Assembly (NCBI GenBank): GCA_038231515.1
Contig: JBBRLF010000002.1
Location: 1-48,938 of the forward strand
Source of the DNA: a candidate division WWE3 bacterium
GTDB lineage: Bacteria; Bdellovibrionota; UBA1018; UBA923
Length of the DNA: 48,938 nucleotides
Direction: 5' to 3'
Below are positions 35,061 to 43,456 of the stretch, piece by piece. The notes beneath the pieces are model-generated. The model saw only the letters and a program-made list of their open reading frames with translations. It made no database searches and was not told the origin of the DNA. A program made the position numbers and the translations under genes. Numbering within the stretch: position 1 is the stretch's first letter; the number at the start of each line of letters is the position of its first letter.

Positions 35061-35463
35061 TAGTTGGATCGAACGCGAGTCCACGGGACTGCCGGCAAGC
35101 CAGCTTGGGTTGCTGTACACCTATGCGTTAAACATGGTCTGGCAGCGCGCCAAAATAACGCTCAGCGAGGTTTCCCTATCCGTCATTTTTGACCGTGTAT
35201 TGTATCTGAGCCGCGACAAATTTCCGATATTGTCCGATCTCAAACTACAAACCAACGGCGTTCTTCTAGACGACCATTCAAACCGCATCTGTAACTCCCC
35301 GCCAGCTGAAGTTACCCAGGCGTTTCGCCACCTGCTCAATAACCTGATCTCCATACTGGGAACATTCTCGGCCGATACTCTGACTGGACCTTTAAACGAG
35401 GAACTAAACAAAATCACCGCCGCGCAAATATCAGAACCGGTGCCAGAACGAGAGGCCAAATGA
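35023..35463 (+). CDS. hypothetical protein upstream of the KaiC-like gene (start uncertain)
   Basis: Its stop overlaps the KaiC-like ATG (ATGA). The track's start is TTG 35023; the first ATG is at 35134. I recognise no motif. Confidence 0.5.
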   Translation: MIELARPKQDTLDSWIERESTGLPASQLGLLYTYALNMVWQRAKITLSEVSLSVIFDRVLYLSRDKFPILSDLKLQTNGVLLDDHSNRICNSPPAEVTQAFRHLLNNLISILGTFSADTLTGPLNEELNKITAAQISEPVPEREAK

Positions 35464-36902
35464 AAAAGGAAATGAACACTGATCGTCGAATCAAAACCGC
35501 GGTAATTAATCTGGACGCTGTCCTGAATGGCGGTATTCCCGAGGACTCCATGGTTATGGTTATCGGGGTACCCGGTACCGGAAAAACAATCCTCTCTCAC
35601 CAAATTGCGTTCAGTAATGCCAATGCCGACAGCCGCTGTCTTATTTTTCAGACTCTCTCAGAGCCGGCATCTAAAGCCCTAAGACACCTTTCTCAATTTG
35701 ATTTCTACAACCCAAAGCTCATTGACGAGGGAATCATTCAGCTGATCGATCTAGGCGCCCTTATTCGAGCCTCCAGACTCGATGAAGTCATTCCGATGAT
35801 CATGGAACACGTAAAAAGGGTTAGGCCCAAATTCGTAATCGTGGACAGTTTCAAGGTTTTCGAAGATCTGGCCACGAACTCCCAGGATCTGCGAAACTTC
35901 TCATATGAAGTGGCGATTCACCTGATGGCCTGGGAATGTACTTCATTTCTACTCGGCGAATATACCCCCCAGGACGTCGAGACTAACCCGCTATTCTCGA
36001 TCGCCGACGGCATTCTGCGGCTCAGCCTTCGACAAGAAGAGGGCGAGCAGCAGCGTTTTTTACAAGCCACCAAAATGCGGGGAACGTCCCACAGCGTTGA
36101 TGAGCACGCACTTTTCATTAGTAACTCAGGAATAAGCGTTTATGCTCCGCGCGTTACCATTCGTCGCGAAAGCGTTGCCGACCCTTACACCAAGGCCCGG
36201 GCCCCATTGCGCGCCAAGCTGGGTATTTCGAAAATCGACGAACTTTTGGGCGAGGGCGTGCCGTATGGATCCAGTATGCTCATTTCTGGTGTTGCCGGTA
36301 CCGGCAAATCCCTTCTGCTGCTTGAGTTCATCTATCGCGGTGCCAAGGAGTTTAACGAAAAAGGAATAATTTTCTCCTTCGAGGAAACCGAAGAAAGAAT
36401 TCTGGCAGTTGCTCAGGGAATGGGTTGGGACCTATTGACCGAAATAAAGAGGGGCATGATCGAAATCGTTTTTGTGTCGCAGCCTGAAATTGTCGTGGAA
36501 CGAGACCTGCTGATGATGCATGAGCGAATAACAAAGATGAAGGCGAAACGCGTAGCCGTCGACTCGGCCTCCATTTTTGTGCACAAGATCACCGATTCGC
36601 GAATTGTGCGCGAAAAAATCTACCAGCTCACCACCCTTGTCCAAATGTCGCAGGCCATAGGCTTTTTAGCCTCAGACATCACCTACGGCACAAACAGAAT
36701 CAGCCGCTTTGGAGTGGAAGAGACGGTTGTTGACGGGTTGATTTTGCTGACTTCCAATGCCATTGGCGACGAGCGCGAACGATTTCTGGAAGTGTATAAG
36801 CTCAGAAACACGGCTCACGTCGACGGCAGGCATAGGATGACCATTGCGCACGGTGGAATCGTAATATATCCCCGCATCCAGCTGGAAAAGAAGATCGCAT
36901 AA
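35460..36902 (+). CDS. KaiC-family double RecA-like-domain ATPase
   Basis: Two tandem domains each carry GG(I/V)P...G(V)xGTGK(T/S) Walker A (GVPGTGKT at aa 36-43, GVAGTGKS at aa 277-284) and hhhhD Walker B (FVIVDS, RVAVDS). Domain 2 keeps FSFEETEE. Confidence 0.9.
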   Translation: MKKEMNTDRRIKTAVINLDAVLNGGIPEDSMVMVIGVPGTGKTILSHQIAFSNANADSRCLIFQTLSEPASKALRHLSQFDFYNPKLIDEGIIQLIDLGALIRASRLDEVIPMIMEHVKRVRPKFVIVDSFKVFEDLATNSQDLRNFSYEVAIHLMAWECTSFLLGEYTPQDVETNPLFSIADGILRLSLRQEEGEQQRFLQATKMRGTSHSVDEHALFISNSGISVYAPRVTIRRESVADPYTKARAPLRAKLGISKIDELLGEGVPYGSSMLISGVAGTGKSLLLLEFIYRGAKEFNEKGIIFSFEETEERILAVAQGMGWDLLTEIKRGMIEIVFVSQPEIVVERDLLMMHERITKMKAKRVAVDSASIFVHKITDSRIVREKIYQLTTLVQMSQAIGFLASDITYGTNRISRFGVEETVVDGLILLTSNAIGDERERFLEVYKLRNTAHVDGRHRMTIAHGGIVIYPRIQLEKKIA

Positions 36903-36907
36903 ACCCC

Positions 36908-38152
36908 ATGGCGAATAGCAATGAATCAGACCCCCTCCTGCGCACCCTGTACGAGATCAGCCTGCTGCTTGCCAGCTTCACCAATATTGAACAAGCATTT
37001 CCGGCAATCATAACCAAAATTGCCGGCACCGTGCCCTTTCACAGTGCAATTCTGATTGAAAAAAGACGCCTGGTGCCGCAGGCGGCGATTTGGCACACTT
37101 CCGATGCAGGCAAAGGTAAAATCGATTCGGCCCTCAAACTCGCCAAGGACTCCTACGCCTACCTGACGGGTGCCTCTACGATCGAGACCGATCGTCTTGA
37201 GGTGTTTTACCGGGCTACGCTAAACTTACAGACCGGTTCACACCCAAAACGTTCGCCGCCCAGTCGCACCAATTTTATAGTCTGTCCCCTCGTCGTAAGG
37301 GGGCCGCCGGCCTTCGGTATCTTTCAGTGGGAAAGCTCAAAGCCCCTGAAAGTGGTGGACGTCGCCTTCTTAAACACCATAGCCAATCTCATTGCGGTGG
37401 CCCTGGATCGTTATTATACGGCGCAAGACGAACTGAGCTCGCGCGAACAGGTGAGGGTTCTGCGCGAACGATTTATTTCTGGCCTGGGCCATGACCTGCG
37501 CACCCCTTTAACCGCGGCCAAAATGAGCGCTGAACTTATTCTTCGACAGCCAGACAAAACCGACAAAATCGGCGCCCTGGCCCATCGAATTGTCAGCTAC
37601 CTTGGCCGTGTCGACCAGATGATTCAGGAGTTCCTCAACGCAAACCGCAGCAGCACCTCGGGCCCGCCTGCGTTAGAAGTCGAAAACAGTGACCTGTGTG
37701 CAATAACCCGGGAGGCTATTGCAGATATGGTGACGCTGCATGGAGATCGCTTTGTACTGCAGGCTCAGGACTCGGAGATGCGAGGATTCTGGAATCACGC
37801 CATGATTCGCCGGGTAATTGAGAATCTGCTCCTCAACGCGGTCAAATATGGCGCACAGGATATTCCGATCACGGTGGCACTCACGCAAACCCGGCAGGAA
37901 GTCCGATTTTCGATTCAAAATGGCGGAAACCCAATATCGGCCCAAAACCAGGCGCGATTGTTTCAACCTTCATTTCGTACGGATGATGCGCAGGACAGTA
38001 CGGTGGCGGGCTGGGGACTTGGGCTTATGTTCGTAAACAATGCAGTGATTCAGCACCGTGGAAGCATCCAGCTTAAAAGTGGCCCGGGCATAGGCACAAC
38101 CTTCACTATTACGCTTCCCAAAAACGCGCAGTTTACCTCCAAAGCAGCATGA
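36908..38152 (+). CDS. GAF-like sensor histidine kinase
   Basis: The N-terminal ~190 aa are GAF-like. H-box GLGHDLRTPLTAA, N-box LLLNAVKYG, G2 GWGLGLMFV. It starts 5 nt after the KaiC-like stop. Confidence 0.85.
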   Translation: MANSNESDPLLRTLYEISLLLASFTNIEQAFPAIITKIAGTVPFHSAILIEKRRLVPQAAIWHTSDAGKGKIDSALKLAKDSYAYLTGASTIETDRLEVFYRATLNLQTGSHPKRSPPSRTNFIVCPLVVRGPPAFGIFQWESSKPLKVVDVAFLNTIANLIAVALDRYYTAQDELSSREQVRVLRERFISGLGHDLRTPLTAAKMSAELILRQPDKTDKIGALAHRIVSYLGRVDQMIQEFLNANRSSTSGPPALEVENSDLCAITREAIADMVTLHGDRFVLQAQDSEMRGFWNHAMIRRVIENLLLNAVKYGAQDIPITVALTQTRQEVRFSIQNGGNPISAQNQARLFQPSFRTDDAQDSTVAGWGLGLMFVNNAVIQHRGSIQLKSGPGIGTTFTITLPKNAQFTSKAA

Positions 38153-38198
38153 CCCTCAGCCCTTTGGAGGCTGATACCGCTTCGACAGCTTGTCTTTT

Positions 38199-38612
38199 TT
38201 AGCTCTGCGACTCATCCGCTCCTTTCGCCGGCGCGGGCGTGGGCGCAATTCGTTCTTTGAGCGCCAGCTTCACTAACGCCAGAAGCCGATCCACGTCGAA
38301 GGGCTTTGCCAGAACATAGGGCGTACCAATAGCGCCTGCGACCTGCTTAAGATTCGCGGCGCCGGACAACAATAGAATGGGAATACGTTCCTTGCCGCTG
38401 TCCAAAAGCACGAGATCGTATGCCATTTGCGGCCCAGTCAAGCGCGGCATTTCGATATCCAAAATGATGAGATCGGGCGGGCGCACTGCTATCGAGGACA
38501 GACCCTCGTAGCCATTGCCAGCCACCTCTACACCGTGGCCTTCGGCAGTTAGAATCTGCTCAAGCGGCGCAGAAATGTCTTCATCATCATCAACAACAAG
38601 CAACTTTGCCAT
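38199..38612 (-). CDS. single-domain response regulator (CheY-like receiver)
   Basis: LLVVDDDEDI, phospho-acceptor context DLIILDIEMP, and conserved LAKPF. Confidence 0.9.
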   Translation of the reverse strand: MAKLLVVDDDEDISAPLEQILTAEGHGVEVAGNGYEGLSSIAVRPPDLIILDIEMPRLTGPQMAYDLVLLDSGKERIPILLLSGAANLKQVAGAIGTPYVLAKPFDVDRLLALVKLALKERIAPTPAPAKGADESQS

Positions 38613-38654
38613 CAGCCTGCCACCTGTCTGGATGGGTGCAAATGTCGTGCTTCC

Positions 38655-39251
38655 GTGTTTGAATGCAATGCAATGCCAAGCGCTCAGGACTCAAGTCGGT
38701 GGACCGCCAACCTTTCGCGCAGAAGATTTCTGCGCTGGACGGCCTTGCTTGGAGTGGCCTCAGTGACAAGCTGGCGACTTCTGGCTCGTGCCCAGGGCGA
38801 TGAGCTGGGCGCGTTTGAAAATCTGAGCGCCAATCAGGCCAAAGTACTCGCGGCCGCCTACCAGACCATTACGCTGGAATCAAAACCCGAGGCCGTGCGG
38901 GAGGCAATCCGGTTCATGGACGGGTTTGTCGGACGTCTCGACGGACGCACGCGGTTTGAGTTCAAAGCCCTGCTTGCGCTCGTTGAGCAGTCCCCCTTGC
39001 TGTTTCATGGCTATCTCGGGCGCTTCACCTCACTCTCACCCCAGGCGCGAGCCCACTGCCTGACGGGCTGGCGCAATGGTGCCACGTGGCGGCGGCCGGT
39101 TTACAGCGCACTTAAAGATTTGTCTTACCTCTACTACTACACCCGCCCCGAACACTGGACACGCATCGGCTATCCGGGGCCCCTGGTGGCCCCCGGCAGC
39201 GCATTCCCCCAGCTTGAGCAACGCTACCAGGGCCTTGAGGCACGCTCATGA
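38655..39251 (+). CDS. Tat-signal small subunit (gluconate 2-dehydrogenase subunit-3-like)
   Basis: Twin-arginine signal LSRRRFLRWTALLGVASV. It overlaps the downstream GMC oxidoreductase by 4 nt, the usual pairing for this family. Confidence 0.7.
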   Translation: MFECNAMPSAQDSSRWTANLSRRRFLRWTALLGVASVTSWRLLARAQGDELGAFENLSANQAKVLAAAYQTITLESKPEAVREAIRFMDGFVGRLDGRTRFEFKALLALVEQSPLLFHGYLGRFTSLSPQARAHCLTGWRNGATWRRPVYSALKDLSYLYYYTRPEHWTRIGYPGPLVAPGSAFPQLEQRYQGLEARS

Positions 39252-40765
39252 TTTTTACCCACCGGCAACTCACGGCGAATCGCGAGCTTCAAGCCGACGT
39301 CTGCATCGTCGGCTCGGGGGCGGGCGGCAGCGCCGCGGCCTATGCGCTGGCGCGGGCCGGCCGCAGCGTCATCGTGCTTGAGCGCGGTTCGTTTATGACG
39401 CCCAAAGATTTTGATCAGCGGGAAGAAAACATGTTCCCCAAACTTTTTTACGATGCGGGCGGTCGCACCACGCGCAACCGCGCCATTCGCGTGCTGCACG
39501 GTCATGGCGTAGGCGGCTCGACTTTGCATAACATCAACTTGTGCAAACGCATTCCCGATCCAGTGTTCAACTCCTGGCAGCTCCCAAGATTCAACGCCGA
39601 TGCACTACGTCCGCACTATGCCCAGGTGGAAAAGCTTTTGGGCGTGTCGCGCATCGGGCCCGAACGCTTAAACGAGAACAATCGCCGGTTTAAAGCTGGC
39701 GTGGAAAAGCTGGGCTACCGCGGCGGCTTTCTCGACCACAATCGCAAGGACTGCGTGGGCAGCGGCTTCTGCGAGCTGGGCTGTGCATTCGACGCCAAGC
39801 TAAACGCGCTGCGCGTGCTGATTCCCGAAGCCGTACGCAATGGCGCAACCGTGCTGGCCGACACCCGGGCGCTTCATTTTGAAACGACGGGACGCCGCAT
39901 TTCCCGCCTCGTCACTCAGACGCTCAATCCAGAGACGGGCGCTCAGCTAAGCACCCACGGCATCACGGCAAAAACTTTCATCTGCGCGGGCGGTGCGGTC
40001 GAGACCCCACTGCTGCTGCAACGCTCGGGCGTCGCTAATCCCTACAACCTGATTGGCTCACGCCTGCATCTGCATCCCGGGGTTGCGGCGCTGGGCGAGT
40101 TCGAGCAGCCGGTGCGTTCCTGGCAAGGCATTCCGCAAAGCTACGAGTGCACCGAATTTCTTTCGTTTGCACCGGCCGCCAGAGCTGAAGACGAAAAACG
40201 CATCTGGATGATCGCGGGTTCCGCGCATCCTGCCGGCGCAGCCTCGATGCTACCCGGCTTTGGCGACGAGCATGCGACCTGGATGGAGAAGCTTCCGCAC
40301 CTGGGCTGCATCTCGGCCATGGTGCACGACTCCACGCGAGGCACGGTGGCACGCAAGGGGGAATTTGGCGCTGACCTCAATTATGTTTTAAACTCAGCCG
40401 ACCGCGCCCAGCTTGCCACGGGCCTGCGCGAGGCCGCACGCATTTTGCTTGCCGCTGGCGCGCGCGAAGCGGTTATTCCCTTTGTCACTCCGCTGCGCGT
40501 GCGCAACATGGGCGAGCTTGACCGGGCCAAGATTGAGGTGAACGATCTCGATATCGATCTGGTTGCGGTTCATCCCATGAGCACGGTGTGGATCGGACGC
40601 AGCCCTAAAGATTCGTGTCTGGATGAGACGGGGCGCTACTGGCAGCTCGACAATCTGCTGGTGGGCGATATGTCGGCCTACCCGTCTTCGATTGGCGTGC
40701 CGCCGCAACTCTCGGCGTATGCGATGGGGCTGTATGCGGCCGAGACGGCCAAGGCGATTCTATAG
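39248..40765 (+). CDS. GMC-family FAD-dependent oxidoreductase
   Basis: Rossmann motif DVCIVGSGAGGSAAAYALARAG and a GMC-type C-terminal region (HPMSTVWIG). Confidence 0.9.
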   Translation: MIFTHRQLTANRELQADVCIVGSGAGGSAAAYALARAGRSVIVLERGSFMTPKDFDQREENMFPKLFYDAGGRTTRNRAIRVLHGHGVGGSTLHNINLCKRIPDPVFNSWQLPRFNADALRPHYAQVEKLLGVSRIGPERLNENNRRFKAGVEKLGYRGGFLDHNRKDCVGSGFCELGCAFDAKLNALRVLIPEAVRNGATVLADTRALHFETTGRRISRLVTQTLNPETGAQLSTHGITAKTFICAGGAVETPLLLQRSGVANPYNLIGSRLHLHPGVAALGEFEQPVRSWQGIPQSYECTEFLSFAPAARAEDEKRIWMIAGSAHPAGAASMLPGFGDEHATWMEKLPHLGCISAMVHDSTRGTVARKGEFGADLNYVLNSADRAQLATGLREAARILLAAGAREAVIPFVTPLRVRNMGELDRAKIEVNDLDIDLVAVHPMSTVWIGRSPKDSCLDETGRYWQLDNLLVGDMSAYPSSIGVPPQLSAYAMGLYAAETAKAIL

Positions 40766-40804
40766 AAGATGAGTGGAGTTAGGAGCCAGAGCCTCACCCG
40801 ATCC

Positions 40805-41335
40805 CTAAACAGACCAGAGTGAGTGAATCTCAGTGGGCGCAAGCACCGCGCGGCCCTTTAAAAAACCAATCTCAAGAAAACAAGCCGCACCGACGATGTT
40901 CCCGCCCAGCCGCTCGGCCAAAATCTTCGAAGCCTTAAGCGTGCCGCCCGTGGCCAGCACGTCATCGACGAGCAACACTCGTTCACCAGCTTTAACGGCA
41001 TCCCGGTGAATCTCCAGCGTCGCCTGGCCGTACTCCAGCGCATAACTCTCGCTTTCACACTCCCAGGGCAGCTTTCCGGCTTTTCGTACCGGCACCAGGC
41101 CCGCGCCCAGCCGCTCGGCAATGCCGGTTCCGAAAAAAAATCCCCGACTTTCGATCGCCAGTATTTTTTGAATGCCTTTGTCGCGAAACGGCTTGGTCAG
41201 CTCGTCGCAGATAAAGGCCAGCGCATGGGGATGGGCCAGGGCTGGCGTAATGTCCTTGAATAAAATTCCCGGCTTGGGAAAATCAGGAATATCGCGGACA
41301 AGGTTTTTCACCGCCTCGAGGGTGAGCTTTGCCAT
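40805..41335 (-). CDS. apt: adenine phosphoribosyltransferase
   Basis: 176 aa. FKDITP motif and PRPP loop VLLVDDVLATGGTL. Confidence 0.93.
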   Translation of the reverse strand: MAKLTLEAVKNLVRDIPDFPKPGILFKDITPALAHPHALAFICDELTKPFRDKGIQKILAIESRGFFFGTGIAERLGAGLVPVRKAGKLPWECESESYALEYGQATLEIHRDAVKAGERVLLVDDVLATGGTLKASKILAERLGGNIVGAACFLEIGFLKGRAVLAPTEIHSLWSV

Positions 41336-41937
41336 TACTTGTGAGCCATCGCCGGTGTGCGCACCTGCGGCAGGTAAAGTAGCGGATCCTGCGGCAGCTC
41401 ACCCTTACGAATCTCGAAATGCAGGTGCGGGCCCGTGGCTTTTCCGGTCGCGCCCACATAACCCAGCATCTGTCCCTGGGTAACCAGGTCGCCGATTTTA
41501 ACCAGATTCTTTTTGTTGTGCGCGTAAACGGTGGCCAGTCCGTCGGCATGTTTGATGACGATCATATTGCCATAGCCGTGAATCTTGCGGCCGCTGTAGA
41601 TAATCTCGCCGCCTTTGGCCGCGAAAATTGGATTGCCCCGGTTTGCCTTGATATCGATGCCTTCGTGATAGTCGCGTCTACGCGAGCCGAAAAAGGAGCT
41701 AACCTTACCCTCTTTCACCGGCCACACGAAGCCTGAGCCCGAGCTTTGCGTAATCGACGGTGGAATGGAAATCGGCAAAGGGGTGCGACCGCTGGAATCT
41801 CCTGCCACCGCGCCGCTTGAAGTTTGCAGCACCCCACGTTCGGCCGACTGCGTGCGAGGTACGCTTGCGCAGCCCCCAAGCAACATCAAAGCCAAGCTAA
41901 GCAAACTTAGAAAACAGATAAAGCTTCGGGACGTCAT
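41335..41937 (-). CDS. M23 (LytM-type) peptidase lipoprotein
   Basis: Lipobox LLGGC. Zinc motifs HEGIDI and GPHLHFEI. Confidence 0.85.
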   Translation of the reverse strand: MTSRSFICFLSLLSLALMLLGGCASVPRTQSAERGVLQTSSGAVAGDSSGRTPLPISIPPSITQSSGSGFVWPVKEGKVSSFFGSRRRDYHEGIDIKANRGNPIFAAKGGEIIYSGRKIHGYGNMIVIKHADGLATVYAHNKKNLVKIGDLVTQGQMLGYVGATGKATGPHLHFEIRKGELPQDPLLYLPQVRTPAMAHK

Positions 41938-42698
41938 AGCGTTGCCTCCAGCGTTTTCAAAAAACTTTGATCAGTGCAATCCAACTGCACTGGCGTAACC
42001 GACACGTAGTTATCGGCAACGGCATGGCAATCGGTACCCGCCTGTTTGTGATAACCCTTGTACTGCCCACCAATCCAAAAATACGGCCGGCCCCGATGGT
42101 CCACCCGTCGTAAAACCGTGCCGCTATAATAGCGAAAGCCCTGCCGCACGGCCCGAAACCCCTTGATGCGGCTCATGGGCACATCCGGCACGTTGACGTT
42201 GAGCAGCGTGTGCTTGGGAATATCCTTGATTGAAATTTCCTTGAGCAGCTTCACGATCGATTTGGCGGCGGTCTCGAAATAAACTTCACGCTCTTCCTTG
42301 CGTTTCCTGGGATCGATATTGCACGAGACAGCAATGGCCGGAATACCCAAAATGCAGGCCTCGCGCGCAGCCGAGACGGTGCCGCTATAGTAGATGTCCT
42401 GGCCCAGATTGCCCCCGCGGTTGATGCCGCTGATGACCACGTCGGGCATCGCCTTGATGACTTCGCGAATGCCGATGTAAACGCAGTCGGCCGGACTGCC
42501 GCTGACGCCATAAAAACCGTTTTCCAGGTGGTGAACCCGCAACGGCTTGTGAATCGTAAGACTGTGTCCGGTCGTGCTCTTCTCTTCGAGGGGCGCAACC
42601 ACCCAAACCTGACCGAGCTTCTTCAGCTGCTTGTAAAGAACTTCCAGGCCCCAGGCGTATACACCGTCGTCATTGCTGATGAGAATCTTCAAGGCCAT
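41934..42698 (-). CDS. surE: 5'/3'-nucleotidase SurE
   Basis: N-terminal ILISNDDGVYAWGL, GSPADCV and GINRGGNLG. Confidence 0.93.
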   Translation of the reverse strand: MALKILISNDDGVYAWGLEVLYKQLKKLGQVWVVAPLEEKSTTGHSLTIHKPLRVHHLENGFYGVSGSPADCVYIGIREVIKAMPDVVISGINRGGNLGQDIYYSGTVSAAREACILGIPAIAVSCNIDPRKRKEEREVYFETAAKSIVKLLKEISIKDIPKHTLLNVNVPDVPMSRIKGFRAVRQGFRYYSGTVLRRVDHRGRPYFWIGGQYKGYHKQAGTDCHAVADNYVSVTPVQLDCTDQSFLKTLEATL

Positions 42699-42724
42699 GT
42701 ATTTATTGTAGTCTGCCTCTCGAA

Positions 42725-43453
42725 TTAGAGCAAAGAAATCCGCGCACGATAGGGCGCTTCGAGCTGTTCGTTGTGCGAGTCGCCACCGGGCATATTTGCG
42801 CTGCGATAAATGGGCAAAGTCTTCCCTTCGCCGTGCCAGAGCGCGCAGGCCTCACTAAGCGCCCAGTTGTAGAGGAAACTATTGGCCAGCGTCGACCCAG
42901 CCGCTACCCGCACACCCGCAAAATCAACCAGGGCGTCGCCCGGCGGGCAATGATTATCAAGCACATGATCGCAAAGCTCAAAAAGTTTCTTGCCACTCGA
43001 ATGCCGCGTGGGTGTTGCCGTCGAGTGGGTGCGGCTAGTGACCGCCACGGTCGTTACGCCGGCCTTTTTGCATTCCAGCGCCATTTCGATGGCCGCCGCA
43101 TTGATACCTGAATTGCTGGCAATCCACATCATGTCGCCTTGGCGGGCGCCGGTGCGGGCAAACAGCACGGCAGCCACGCCTTCGAGCCGCTCAAGCTTGC
43201 CGCTGATCTTGGGCGTCGTGTGAGGCGTAAGAAACGTATGCAGCACGGGATAAACCGGAATCAGACCGCCTGCGCGGTGAAAGGCCTCTTCGACGAGAAT
43301 GCTGGAATGCCCGCTACCAAAAACGTAAACGAGCCCGCCTGAGTCGACCACCCGTTTTGTAAGTGCGGCCACGGCCTTGACGGCTTCCTCTTCACGCTGG
43401 CGCAGGACTCCGATTAGCTTCGTGACCTCATCTGGATAGTTCATCGCTTTCAC
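42725..43453 (-). CDS. SIS (sugar isomerase) domain protein
   Basis: VYVFGSGHSSILVEE ... WIASNSGINAAAIE is the typical SIS nucleotide/sugar-phosphate binding pattern. Confidence 0.8.
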   Translation of the reverse strand: MKAMNYPDEVTKLIGVLRQREEEAVKAVAALTKRVVDSGGLVYVFGSGHSSILVEEAFHRAGGLIPVYPVLHTFLTPHTTPKISGKLERLEGVAAVLFARTGARQGDMMWIASNSGINAAAIEMALECKKAGVTTVAVTSRTHSTATPTRHSSGKKLFELCDHVLDNHCPPGDALVDFAGVRVAAGSTLANSFLYNWALSEACALWHGEGKTLPIYRSANMPGGDSHNEQLEAPYRARISLL

Positions 43454-43456
43454 CTT

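Noticed and set aside
38155-38198. Hairpin TCAGCC-ctttgga-GGCTGA between the convergent HK and RR genes, considered as a bidirectional terminator.
   Set aside because: The stem is short (6 bp) and there is no adjacent T-run on either strand. It is too weak to call.
35023-38612. A canonical kaiABC circadian clock cluster.
   Set aside because: No KaiB (thioredoxin-like, ~100 aa) or KaiA homolog is recognisable. The upstream ORF has neither signature, so I call only a KaiC-family ATPase.
34100-38650. An integrase, excisionase or transposase that would make the tRNA-Arg-adjacent island a classical integrative element.
   Set aside because: No ORF in or next to the island shows tyrosine/serine recombinase or DDE motifs, and no third copy of the tRNA 3' end was seen at the right boundary. 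I describe the island only as compositionally atypical.
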